NCBI GenBank assembly: GCA_031459875.1
Contig: JAVKHQ010000021.1
Location: 1 to 48,860 of the forward strand
DNA from: Candidatus Fervidifonticultor sextus
GTDB lineage: Bacteria; Sysuimicrobiota; Sysuimicrobiia; Sysuimicrobiales; Humicultoraceae
Direction of reading: 5' to 3'
Length of the DNA stretch: 48,860 bases
In this document: piece after piece, positions 8,816 to 17,487 of the stretch
Layout of the letters: every line of letters begins with the position of its first letter
Position numbering within the stretch: the stretch's first letter is position 1
Program-made: the position numbers and the translations under genes
Notes under the pieces: model-generated
Told to the model about the DNA's origin: nothing
Database searches by the model: none
Seen by the model: only the letters and a program-made list of their open reading frames with translations

Positions 8816-10626
8816 GCGCCGGCTCCCGGGGGCGATGGCGTCGCCGCGGGGGTGCGCGAACTCGCCCCCGTCACCTGCGGCAGCGTCGGCGTGGGGGCGC
8901 CGGTCAGCACGATGTCCCGCGGGAAGAAGAGGTCGAGCGTCCAGTCGAGCACGACGCGAACCTTCTTCTCGAGGCCGGGTAGTTTGCTCAGGTAGACGGT
9001 CCGCCACAGGAACCAGGCGAGCAGGCCTGAGAACTTCCATCCGCGGATCTCGGCCACGGCCGTGCGATGGCCCAGGGCGACCAGGGTGCCGATCGTGCGG
9101 AAGCGAAACGGTCTGGGCTGCCGGCCGCGCAATGCGGCCGCGATGTTCTCGGCGGCGGCCTGCCCCTCTCGCAGCGCGTGCTGCGCCGTGGGTGGGCAGG
9201 ACGTCCCCGGGACGTTGGGGTCCGGGATCTGGGCGCAGTCGCCGACGGCCCACACGGCCTCCAGGCCCTTGACCCGCAGGAACCGGTCGGCGACCACGGC
9301 GCCGGCGCGGCTGCGCTCGCACGGCAGCGTCGCCAGCAGCGGATGAGGCTGGTTCCCGGCAGTCCAGACCAGCGTCCGTGTCGGGATCGCTCGGCCGTCG
9401 CCCAGCAGGACCGCGTCGGATGTGGCCCCACCCACGCGGGTGTTCAGCAGGAACTCGATCCCGCGCGCCTGGAGCTTCCGCAGGGCGTAGTCCGCCAGCG
9501 CCTGGCTGATCTCAGGCAGGATGCGCGCGCCGGAGTGGATCAGGAGGAAGCGCGGTTCGTGGGGCTGGATGCCGGGATAGTACCGGAGCACGCTCCCCAC
9601 CAGGTCGAGCAGTTCGGCGATCATTTCGGTGCCGGCGAACCCGCCGCCGGCGACCACGAAGGTCAACTGGCGCGCGCGTTCCTGGGGATCGGTCTCCGCG
9701 TCCGCCCGCTCCAGCAGTGCGATGACGTGGTTGCGCAGCCGCGTGGCGTCCTCCAGGGTTTTCAGCGTGAAGGCGTGGGCTTCGAGGCCGGGGAGGCCGT
9801 AGAAGTTGGGAACCGCGCCCAGGGCGAGGATCATGTGGTCGTAGGGGAGCACCTCGGAGGCCGCGGCCGGGCCGGTCCGGATGCTGACGGTCTTGGTGGT
9901 GCCGTCCACGGTCTCCACCTCGGCCCGCCGGAAGCGCGTGCGCTGCAGCGCCGCGCGCACCGGCGCGCTGATGTGCTGGGCCTCCAGGCCGCTGCTGGCC
10001 ACCTCGGCCAGCATGGGTGTGAAGAGCAGGTAGTTGCTCTGGCTGACCAGAGTGATCTCCAGCCGTGGGTCGCGTGCGAAGAGGTGCTCCAGGCGCTGCG
10101 CGGCGCTGACGCCTCCGAATCCGCCTCCCAGGATGACCACCCGCCAGGACGGCGCCTCCGGCGACGGCAGACGGTCGAGGGCCGCGGCCTGGGGGTGCCG
10201 GCGCAGATAGAGCGCGACGAGTCCATAGAAGCTACCGCCGAGGAGCGCGCCGTAGAGCAGGTGCCCGACCAGGTTGGGCAGCGCGGCCGCGGCGGCCGAG
10301 GCCGTCCAGGCCGGCGCGCCGGCCAGGAAGAGCGGGACCAGGGTGAGCGGGCCGGCGATCCACCAGAGGAGCGCGTAGAGCACGCCGCCGGTGATCGTCG
10401 CCGCGTAGCCGAGCGGCTGGTAGCGGAAGATGCCCCCGAACCCGGCGCCGATCAACACCGCAGAGCCCAGGTGGACGGCCAGCCCGGCCCCCAACGACGC
10501 GAGCCCGATCAGGCCCGCAACGCTGGCCAGCAGGCCCTGGGCCTGCATGGCCCAGGCCGAGGCCAGGCCCCCGACCAGTCCCGCGATCCCGCCGGCGACG
10601 AGGTCACGGCGCAGCGCGTGCGACAC
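8812..10626 (-). CDS. Type II NADH:quinone oxidoreductase-like flavoprotein with fused N-terminal 4-TM domain
   Basis: GGGFGG and GGGFAGTE dinucleotide motifs, FTPMLxEVA, AVGDCA, PPTAQHA, amphipathic AWFLWRTVYL C-terminus; first ~140 aa hydrophobic; GGAGGA RBS. Confidence 0.92.
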   Translation of the reverse strand: MSHALRRDLVAGGIAGLVGGLASAWAMQAQGLLASVAGLIGLASLGAGLAVHLGSAVLIGAGFGGIFRYQPLGYAATITGGVLYALLWWIAGPLTLVPLFLAGAPAWTASAAAAALPNLVGHLLYGALLGGSFYGLVALYLRRHPQAAALDRLPSPEAPSWRVVILGGGFGGVSAAQRLEHLFARDPRLEITLVSQSNYLLFTPMLAEVASSGLEAQHISAPVRAALQRTRFRRAEVETVDGTTKTVSIRTGPAAASEVLPYDHMILALGAVPNFYGLPGLEAHAFTLKTLEDATRLRNHVIALLERADAETDPQERARQLTFVVAGGGFAGTEMIAELLDLVGSVLRYYPGIQPHEPRFLLIHSGARILPEISQALADYALRKLQARGIEFLLNTRVGGATSDAVLLGDGRAIPTRTLVWTAGNQPHPLLATLPCERSRAGAVVADRFLRVKGLEAVWAVGDCAQIPDPNVPGTSCPPTAQHALREGQAAAENIAAALRGRQPRPFRFRTIGTLVALGHRTAVAEIRGWKFSGLLAWFLWRTVYLSKLPGLEKKVRVVLDWTLDLFFPRDIVLTGAPTPTLPQVTGASSRTPAATPSPPGAGA

Positions 10627-10665
10627 CGCGTCCTCCGGCCGCCGCCCCGGTCGTCTGGGCGGAAC

Positions 10666-11136
10666 CTACTTGAGGTTCTCGGCGATGATGTTCAGCAGGG
10701 CGGCCACGCCCTTGGCCGCCATGCGGGCCTCGGTCAGGTTCTTGCTCCTCACGCCCGCCACCGCCAGCGCGTCCGCCTGCTCCGCGAGCAGCATGAAGTC
10801 GCCGCCGCCCGGCGCCGCCTTCAGGTCTGCGAGGATCCCGTTCCCCATGCCCTGGCACACGTGGCCCCAGGCCTGGTTGAAGTTCTTCCCCCTCGTGCCC
10901 TCGAGGCAGTTGAGCGCGTGGCCCAGGTGCTGCTGCACGTAGCCGAGCGCATTGCCCTCGCCGGCGAACCCGGCATGGGTGACCGCCGTCTTCAGTTGTC
11001 CCTTGACGTCGGCCGCCTGCCCGGCCCGCGCGGGCGGCGCGTACTCATAGTACTGGTAGCCGTAGGTCAGTCCTGCGAGCCCGGACACGAGCAGTCCAAC
11101 CACCAGAGACGGCACCAGGAATCTCACGGTTTGCAC
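10666..11136 (-). CDS. Secreted helical protein with conserved-looking His/Cys motif
   Basis: Signal peptide; TAVTHAGFA, QHLGHALNCLEG and HVCQGMGNG motifs. Confidence 0.8.
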   Translation of the reverse strand: MQTVRFLVPSLVVGLLVSGLAGLTYGYQYYEYAPPARAGQAADVKGQLKTAVTHAGFAGEGNALGYVQQHLGHALNCLEGTRGKNFNQAWGHVCQGMGNGILADLKAAPGGGDFMLLAEQADALAVAGVRSKNLTEARMAAKGVAALLNIIAENLK

Positions 11137-11193
11137 CCCCCCTAGCTCTCGCCCACCCCGTCTCGCGGGGTGAGGTGTTGATCCCGGCAGGTC

Positions 11194-11796
11194 CTACGTA
11201 TCAGGCCCGTGTGACGGTTCTGTCACGTCGGCGAAGACAATCTTCCCGTCGCGCATGTCGCTGATCCGCGCCAGCGCCTCGACCGGCACGCCCAGCCGCA
11301 TGAGCGCCTCGCGCCCCCCTTCGAAGGTCTTCTCGATGACCACGCCGATCCCCACGATTGTCCCCCCGGCCGCCTGGACCAGGCGTGCCAGCGCCAGGAT
11401 TGTCTCGCCGCTGGCCAGGAAGTCGTCGATGATGACCACGCGGTCTTTCGGCCCCAGGTATTCGGGCGAGACCATCAACTCCACGGGCCGGCCCTTGGTG
11501 TGGGATGGGGCGACGGTGAGGTAGACCTGGTCGGGCATCGTGATGGGCCGCTGCTTGCGGGCGTAGAGGACCGGGACGCCGAGCACCGTCGCCGCGCACA
11601 GGGCCGGCGCGATGCCCGAAATCTCCGCCGTCAGCACCTTGGTGGCCCCTGCCCCGGCGAACCGGCGGGCGAGTTCCCGCCCGCACGCCTGCATCAGGAC
11701 CGGGTCCACCTGATGGTTGATGAAGGCGTCGACCTTGAGAATGCCGCCTCCCAGGTTCTTCCCCTCGGCGGCGATACGGCGGATCAGTGCGTCCAT
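11194..11796 (-). CDS. xpt: Xanthine phosphoribosyltransferase
   Basis: ILKVDAFINHQVDP, LTAEISGI, IIDDFLASG (PRPP site) and VIEKTF motifs. Confidence 0.93.
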   Translation of the reverse strand: MDALIRRIAAEGKNLGGGILKVDAFINHQVDPVLMQACGRELARRFAGAGATKVLTAEISGIAPALCAATVLGVPVLYARKQRPITMPDQVYLTVAPSHTKGRPVELMVSPEYLGPKDRVVIIDDFLASGETILALARLVQAAGGTIVGIGVVIEKTFEGGREALMRLGVPVEALARISDMRDGKIVFADVTEPSHGPDT

Positions 11797-11838
11797 GGGC
11801 TGGCCTCCCCACCGCAAGGGGATTATCCTCCTGACGCC

Positions 11839-11868
11839 TTGACCCCTTTTTCAGCCGCTCCTTATACT
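11839..11868 (+). promoter_or_regulatory. Sigma70-type promoter for the sulfite oxidase operon
   Basis: TTGACC-N18-TATACT, 37 nt before ATG 11906. Confidence 0.65.
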
Positions 11869-11905
11869 GGGCGGTGCATACCGGGCGCGACAGGGGGGGC
11901 GGGTC

Positions 11906-13153
11906 ATGCGACCGGATGATCTGCGCGACGAAACCATCTACGAGCGAACCCGGCAGGACGAGTTCATCTGGCGGCGCGCGAGGGAACTGGGAATCTCGCG
12001 GCGCCGCCTCCTCGCCCTCGCGGCTGCCACCGGGGCATCGGCCGTCCTGGGCGGCGTGCGGCCAACCAGCCCCACGTCCGTCTATGCCGCCCCCGCCGCG
12101 CCGCTGGTGGTCAAACCGGTGCCGCCGGACCTGTTCTACAACTTCGGCAGCAACCACGAGATGCGCTGGGAGCATATGACCGGCCGCGGCTACCTGGTGC
12201 CCAACGAACTGTTCTTCATCCGCAACCACACGCGCACCCCGCGCATCGACCCGTCCACCTGGCGCCTGAGGGTCGAGGGCTCCGGCGTCCGGCGTCCCCT
12301 GGAGTTGACCTACGACGACATCCTCTCGTTGCCGGACGTCTCGGTGCGCCGATACGTCGAGTGCGCCGGCAACGGCCGCAGTTTCTTCGAACTGCAGTAC
12401 GGCAGGCGCGCCCAGGGGACCCAGTGGCGGCTCGGCGCGGTGGGCGTGGCCGAGTGGACCGGGGTGCCGCTGCGCGAGATCCTGGACCGGGCGGGGCTGA
12501 AGCCGACGGCCGTGGACGTGCTGCCGGAGGGCCTGGACGACCTGAGGGTGCGCAGGCCGATGTCCGTGGCCAAGGCGCTGGAGCCGGACACCCTGCTGGT
12601 CTACGCGATGAACGGCCATCCGCTGCCCCCCGACCACGGGTTCCCCGCGCGGATCCTCACCCCGGGGTGGATCGGCATCGCCAACATCAAGTGGGTGGGC
12701 CGGCTCGAGGTCTCGGAGACCCCCCTCTACACGCCGTGGAACACCGAGAGCTATGTCATGATCGGGCCCGACTACAAGAAGCCCGACGGCCCGGCGCTGG
12801 GTCCGATCCTGTCGGCGCAGAACGTCAAGAGCGCCTTCGAACTCGCCTGGCCAGCGGAGGTGCGGGCCGGCCGACGTGTCATCCGCGGCCGGTCCTGGGG
12901 TCCATACGCCATCACGAAGGTCGAGTACAGTCTTGACCGCGGCATCACGTGGCAGACCGCCCGCATCCGCGATGCGGCCGTGCCGCGGGCCTGGGTGCGG
13001 TGGGAGTTTGAGTGGGACGCGCGGCCGGGCGACTACAGCCTGCGCGTGCGGGCCACCGACGCCCAGGGGAACACCCAGCCGGCCGGAGTCCCGTGGAACG
13101 AGCAGGGGTACCTCTACAATGCGGTGGTCGGCCATCCGGTGACCGTGACGTGA
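11906..13153 (+). CDS. Tat-exported sulfite oxidase-family molybdoenzyme (SorA-like)
   Basis: SRRRLL Tat motif, FFIRNH, ECAGNGR (Mo-ligating Cys), DHGFPAR, IKW, dimerisation domain, WNxxGY. Confidence 0.92.
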   Translation: MRPDDLRDETIYERTRQDEFIWRRARELGISRRRLLALAAATGASAVLGGVRPTSPTSVYAAPAAPLVVKPVPPDLFYNFGSNHEMRWEHMTGRGYLVPNELFFIRNHTRTPRIDPSTWRLRVEGSGVRRPLELTYDDILSLPDVSVRRYVECAGNGRSFFELQYGRRAQGTQWRLGAVGVAEWTGVPLREILDRAGLKPTAVDVLPEGLDDLRVRRPMSVAKALEPDTLLVYAMNGHPLPPDHGFPARILTPGWIGIANIKWVGRLEVSETPLYTPWNTESYVMIGPDYKKPDGPALGPILSAQNVKSAFELAWPAEVRAGRRVIRGRSWGPYAITKVEYSLDRGITWQTARIRDAAVPRAWVRWEFEWDARPGDYSLRVRATDAQGNTQPAGVPWNEQGYLYNAVVGHPVTVT

Positions 13154-13599
13154 GGCCGGACAGCCGGATGAGGCGGACGCCGCGTCTGGGCGCGGGGCCC
13201 GCGCGCATGGTGGTCGGTGCCGCCACCGCAGGAATCCTGCTGGCAGTGTCGGCCGCCCTGCCCTCGGGACACGGATCCGCGGGTCGGTGGGTGCTGGCCG
13301 CGCCGTCGCCGTCCCCGCGTCCGGTGCTGATCAAGGCCCGGGAGTTCGCCTTCGATCCCAAGGAGGTGACGGCGCGCGCCGGCGAGGTGACCTTCGAGGT
13401 GAAGAACGAGGGCTCAATCGAACACAACTTCGTCATTGAGGACACCAACCGCCGCACCCTGGCGCAGATCCCCATCATCGAACCGGGCAAGACCGAGGAC
13501 GTGAAGGCCACGGTCCGGCCGGGGACCTACCCCATCGTCTGCTCGCTGCCCGGCCACAAGGAAGCCGGCATGACCGGGACGCTGCGGGTCCAGCCGTGA
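13150..13599 (+). CDS. Exported type-1 blue-copper cupredoxin (alternative start ATG 13168)
   Basis: GTGA overlap with the upstream gene; signal peptide; HNF...CSLPGHKEAGM supplies His, Cys, His and Met ligands. Confidence 0.88.
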   Translation: MRPDSRMRRTPRLGAGPARMVVGAATAGILLAVSAALPSGHGSAGRWVLAAPSPSPRPVLIKAREFAFDPKEVTARAGEVTFEVKNEGSIEHNFVIEDTNRRTLAQIPIIEPGKTEDVKATVRPGTYPIVCSLPGHKEAGMTGTLRVQP

Positions 13600-14081
13600 T
13601 CCATCCCCAGACCCGCATCGGGCACGTCCACCTCAAGGTCTCAAACCTCGAGCGGGCGGTGGCCTTCTACCGCGACGTGCTGGGCTTCGAGCTGACGACC
13701 TACTACGGCAGGCAGGCCGCCTTCCTCTCCGCCGGCGGGTACCACCACCACATCGGCCTGAACACCTGGCAGAGCGAGGGTGCGGGTCCACCGCCGCAGC
13801 GGTCGACCGGGCTCTATCACTTCGCGATCCTGCTGCCCGACCGGCGCGAGCTGGCCCGGACCTTCAAGCGGCTGCTGGATCACGGCGTGCCCATCGAGGG
13901 CGCCTCCGATCACGGGGTGAGCGAGGCGATCTACTTCCACGACCCCGACGGCAACGGCATCGAGATCTACGCCGACCGGGATCCCGCCCGATGGCCGCGA
14001 CGGCCCGATGGGACCCTGGCGATGACCACCCAGCCGCTGGACCTGGAGTCGCTGCTGCGCGAACTCGACGCTACTTCCTGA
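13596..14081 (+). CDS. VOC/glyoxalase family protein, CatE-like
   Basis: IGHVHLKV, GGYHHHIGLNTW, GLYHFAIL and DHGVSEAIYFxDPDGNGIEIY motifs. Confidence 0.9.
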   Translation: MIHPQTRIGHVHLKVSNLERAVAFYRDVLGFELTTYYGRQAAFLSAGGYHHHIGLNTWQSEGAGPPPQRSTGLYHFAILLPDRRELARTFKRLLDHGVPIEGASDHGVSEAIYFHDPDGNGIEIYADRDPARWPRRPDGTLAMTTQPLDLESLLRELDATS

Positions 14082-14427
14082 GGTAGGCGTCGGCGCCGGA
14101 GATCCAGTCCTGCCGCGGCGGGCTGAAGAAGTCCATCTCCACCACGTCGTCCAGCATCTCCGCGCCGTGTGGCACGTGGCCCGGGATGAGCACCACCTCG
14201 CCGCCGCGGACGACCAGGTCGCGACCGTCGATGGTAAAGCGCATGGTGCCGGAAATGCAGTAGGTGAGCTGTTCATTCTCGTGCTGGTGAACCGGTACCA
14301 CGGCGCCCGCCTTGAACTCGAGCAGCGCCGCCATCAGCCGCTCCCCCCACAGCATCCGCCGCGTCATCTTGGGGTTGATGGCCTCGGCCGGCATCGCCGC
14401 CAGCACCCGGTGCTGTACCCCGCTCAT
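14071..14427 (-). CDS. Cupin domain protein (KdgF-like)
   Basis: HQHENEQ, IPGHVPHG and DFFSPPRQD motifs; GGAGG RBS before ATG 14427. Confidence 0.88.
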   Translation of the reverse strand: MSGVQHRVLAAMPAEAINPKMTRRMLWGERLMAALLEFKAGAVVPVHQHENEQLTYCISGTMRFTIDGRDLVVRGGEVVLIPGHVPHGAEMLDDVVEMDFFSPPRQDWISGADAYLRK

Positions 14428-14594
14428 GGCACCCTCCCCTCCGGGCATGACCCCGAGCCGGCGCCCGGAGCCGTTCAGCCAACCAGAGGGTGGGGTTACG
14501 CGTCGCCGCCACAGTTCCTGCCGGCGGTTTCCGCGCAGGACCCCTGCCCCCACGAATCCAAGTGTGGGCTGGAGTCTGCTGCGGGAGGGAGTCC

Positions 14595-15551
14595 ATGCGC
14601 TATCGCCGGCTGGGGAGATCGGGGCTCAAGGTGTCGGTCCTGGGGTTGGGCTGCAACACGTTCGGGCGGTTTGCAGATGCCGATCAGACCGCGCGCATCG
14701 TGCATGCAGCCCTCGACCTCGGCGTGAACTTCTTCGATACGGCCGATGTCTACAGCCAGGGGGTCTCGGAGGAATTCCTCGGCCGCGCGCTGGGCAGCCG
14801 CCGCGGTCGGGCCGTGGTGGCCACCAAAGTGGTCGGGGCCATGGGAGACGGCCCCAACGACCGCGGGGCCTCGCGCGCCCACATCACAGACGGCGTCCAC
14901 GCCAGCCTGCGCCGTCTCGGGACCGACCACATCGACCTGCTCCAACTGCACAACTGGGATCCTGAGACGCCCCTCGAGGAATCCCTGGAAGCCCTCAACG
15001 ATCTGGTCCGGGCCGGCAAGGTCCGCTACGTCGGATGCTCCAACTACACGGCCTGGCAACTGGTCTGGGCGCTGTGGATCAGCGACCGGCGCGGCTGGGC
15101 CTCCTTCGTCTCCGTGCAGCCCGAGTACAGCCTGCTGGCGCGCGGTGTGGAGGCCGACTTGCTGCCGGCGTGCGTGGCCTTCGGGGTCGGCGTGATCCCC
15201 TACTTTCCCCTGGCTGCCGGGATGCTCACGGGGAAGTACCGTGAAGGCGAGCCGGCGCCGCCCGGCACACGCGGCTACGAGAGCCCGCGGTTCCAGCAGC
15301 GGTTTGCCACCCCGCGCAACTTCGCCATCGTGCGGCGCCTGGAGGCGTGGGCGCGCGAGCGCGGACACTCCGTCGCCGAACTGGCCATCGCCTGGCTCCT
15401 GGCACGGCCTGCGGTCTCCACGGTGATTACCGGGACGACGAGGCCCGAGCAGGTGGAGGCCAATGTCCGGGCGACCGCCTGGGAACTGACGCCTTCGGAG
15501 GTTGAGGAGGTCGCCTCGCTGGCGCCCGTGGACGGAGGGGGGCGCGCATGA
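14595..15551 (+). CDS. Aldo/keto reductase (Tas/YajO-like)
   Basis: MRYRRLGRSGLKVS, FDTADVY, IDLLQLH, YVGCSN and QPEYSLL motifs; GGGAGG RBS. Confidence 0.93.
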   Translation: MRYRRLGRSGLKVSVLGLGCNTFGRFADADQTARIVHAALDLGVNFFDTADVYSQGVSEEFLGRALGSRRGRAVVATKVVGAMGDGPNDRGASRAHITDGVHASLRRLGTDHIDLLQLHNWDPETPLEESLEALNDLVRAGKVRYVGCSNYTAWQLVWALWISDRRGWASFVSVQPEYSLLARGVEADLLPACVAFGVGVIPYFPLAAGMLTGKYREGEPAPPGTRGYESPRFQQRFATPRNFAIVRRLEAWARERGHSVAELAIAWLLARPAVSTVITGTTRPEQVEANVRATAWELTPSEVEEVASLAPVDGGGRA

Positions 15552-15569
15552 GCAGGGGCCCCCGCGGGA

Positions 15570-15749
15570 TCAGCGCGTCAGGGCGGCCAGGAGGGGCGAA
15601 CCCAGGAGCCCGTAGGTCAGGGCGATGAAGATGCCCGCAATCAACTCCTGTTCCTCAGGGACGCCGAACAGCGTCACGCTGAACCGCGTGAGCGGCACGA
15701 TAACGATGACGCTGACGATGAGCAGGGATGCCAGGTGCCAGACCGCCAC
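15570..15749 (-). CDS. Small 59-aa two-TM membrane protein (not in ORF track)
   Basis: GGAGGG RBS, GTG 15749, MAVWHLASLLIVSVIVIVPLTRFSVTLFGVPEEQELIAGIFIALTYGLLGSPLLAALTR*; extended -10 TGGTATACT at 15786-15794. Confidence 0.7.
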   Translation of the reverse strand: MAVWHLASLLIVSVIVIVPLTRFSVTLFGVPEEQELIAGIFIALTYGLLGSPLLAALTR

Positions 15750-15853
15750 GCGCGATCCCTCCGTCGCAAGGAATCGTTAGCGCGCAGTATACCACGAAAC
15801 CAGGCGGCGCCGCTACTGGGCGGCGCCGCACCGGGATGGCGGAGACGGAACCG

Positions 15854-16210
15854 TCAGCGGGCAGGCTCCTCCTTGGCCAGAACACCGAAGGCCATCCAGG
15901 CGCTCAGCACCAGCGCCAGGAGCCCGCCGATGAGCGAGGTCCAGAGGACGCCCGCCCGGTCAGACATGGTGAAGATGAACGGAAAGAGGATGAACCAAAT
16001 CCCGACCAAGCCGTTCACGTACTGAATCCACTTCTGCTTGCGGGCTGGTTCGCTGAAGACCGCCCACCCTGCGAGGATCAGCAGGATGAGCCCGCCGACA
16101 ATGCTAGTCCACATCGCGTTGGGAACATCCTGGAAATTCAACACGAACGGCGCGATGATGAACCAGACGCCCACGAGGGCATTGACGACGTTGGCCCACA
16201 CCATCCGCAT
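15854..16210 (-). CDS. SPW-repeat membrane protein
   Basis: Two repeats, NALVGVWFIIAPF and NGLVGIWFILFPF; GGAGGTGA RBS; TATAAT at 16265-16270. Confidence 0.85.
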   Translation of the reverse strand: MRMVWANVVNALVGVWFIIAPFVLNFQDVPNAMWTSIVGGLILLILAGWAVFSEPARKQKWIQYVNGLVGIWFILFPFIFTMSDRAGVLWTSLIGGLLALVLSAWMAFGVLAKEEPAR

Positions 16211-16527
16211 TCACCTCCGCACAGCCTGGAGTCCTCCGCCATCGTCCGGTGCGGCGCCACCTGTATTATAACTGGAGGAGCCACAGCGCCGCCATCCCCG
16301 CCCCGATGGCGGCCTGCGCGACCGCGGGCGGCAGGCCGGCGGCCCGCACGAGGACGCCACAAATCATCCCGAAGGGATGACCCCCAACAGGACGGGCAGG
16401 ACGGCCCCGGCGCCCGAGAAGAACTCGGTGCGGGGCGTCGGCGGGTCCCCGAGGGAAGTGGGGAGGCGGGAGTCGAACCGGACGGTGCTGGCCCCAGCCT
16501 TGGCCCGGGAGGAGGCGGATTCGCTCC

Positions 16528-16753
16528 GCGCCTATCGGTAGTCGTCAGCCCGCGCGCACGGTGCGAGCATGTCGAGCGCCTCGATCCCACGCACCTTCGC
16601 GTGGCCGTGACGGCGCCACCGCACGAAGGCCGCGCGAACTCAGCGGTGATTCGCGCCGTGGACGGCATTCCTGGGCGTGCCGCCCTCGCGGGTGAAGGTC
16701 GTGCGCGGCCAGGCGAGCCGTCGAAAAATCTCGAAATTCAGGAAGTATCGTGA
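16528..16753 (+). pseudogene. DUF167/YggU-family protein, double frameshift and no start codon
   Basis: RLSVVVSPRAR...LRVAVTAPPHEGRANSAVIRAV, then in the +1 frame TAFLGVPPSRVKVVRGQASRRK, then back in the first frame LEIQ. GGAGGAGG RBS remains but no ATG/GTG follows. Confidence 0.8.
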
Positions 16754-16798
16754 TATTGCCCACGCGCATCCTCGAGGCGGGACGGCGGGGCCCACGGA

Positions 16799-17416
16799 CT
16801 ACGATGTGTTGCGCTGACCGCGCCCGTGCGTCGCCCCGGGCGATTGCTTTGAGAACGCACGCTCCTTCTGTCCGACGGCCTGGATGACATACGCTGAGTA
16901 GGGATCGCCCTGGCGCAGGCAGTGGGTGCGTTTGAGCGGCGTTCCGAACAGGGCCTCCAGCCAGCGGTGGACCATGTCGCAGACTTCCGGGTGGGCGACC
17001 GCCAGCTTCATGGCCGGGCAGTTGTACTCCTGGAGAAGGTAACCGTCACGGTCTTTGTTCAGGACAGGCATGAACCCGCGTTCGGCCAGGATCTCCTTCG
17101 CCCGTTCCCATCGCCGCCGACCTGTCAATCCTTCCACCCGAGGGAGGTCTCGGGCGATCCATCGGTCTGCGATGCGCCACAGCACGCGCCGCAGATGCCC
17201 TGGTCCTTCCCGCTGGAGCTCATCGAGCATGGTCGCTGCGAACTCGTCATAGGCTTTCGGGAAGAGGTGGATCGCGGCGGGGGTGAGGGCGTAGACGACG
17301 CTGGGGCGTCTGCTGCCGGCCCGCTGCCGCGCGACCAGTCCGTCGGCCTGAAGGGCGGCCAGGTGGCTGGCCACCGCTGTGAGCGTGACCCGGAGGGCTC
17401 CGGCCAGTTCCTCGTG
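16799..17416 (-). pseudogene. SufR/ArsR-like (COG2345) HTH regulator, 5'-truncated
   Basis: EELAGALRVTLTAVASHLAALQADGLV...RRPxxVYALT...FPKAY...EYNCP...HPEVC...THCL. An in-frame TAG at 17417-17419 removes the first helix and the start. Confidence 0.75.
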
Positions 17417-17487
17417 CTACTGGTTGGATAAGTTATCCGGACGCTTACGCTGATCCATCGGGGGTGTGCAAGATGCAGAGACAAGGG

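Noticed and set aside
16355..16400. c-di-GMP-I riboswitch-like hairpin (acaaatcatcccgaagggatga)
   Set aside because: Lacks the GGCAAA...GACGCAAAGC core and the second stem.
16458..16479. tmRNA/tRNA 3' end on the minus strand
   Set aside because: T-stem does not pair fully, there is no CCA and no 5' partner; too short to call.
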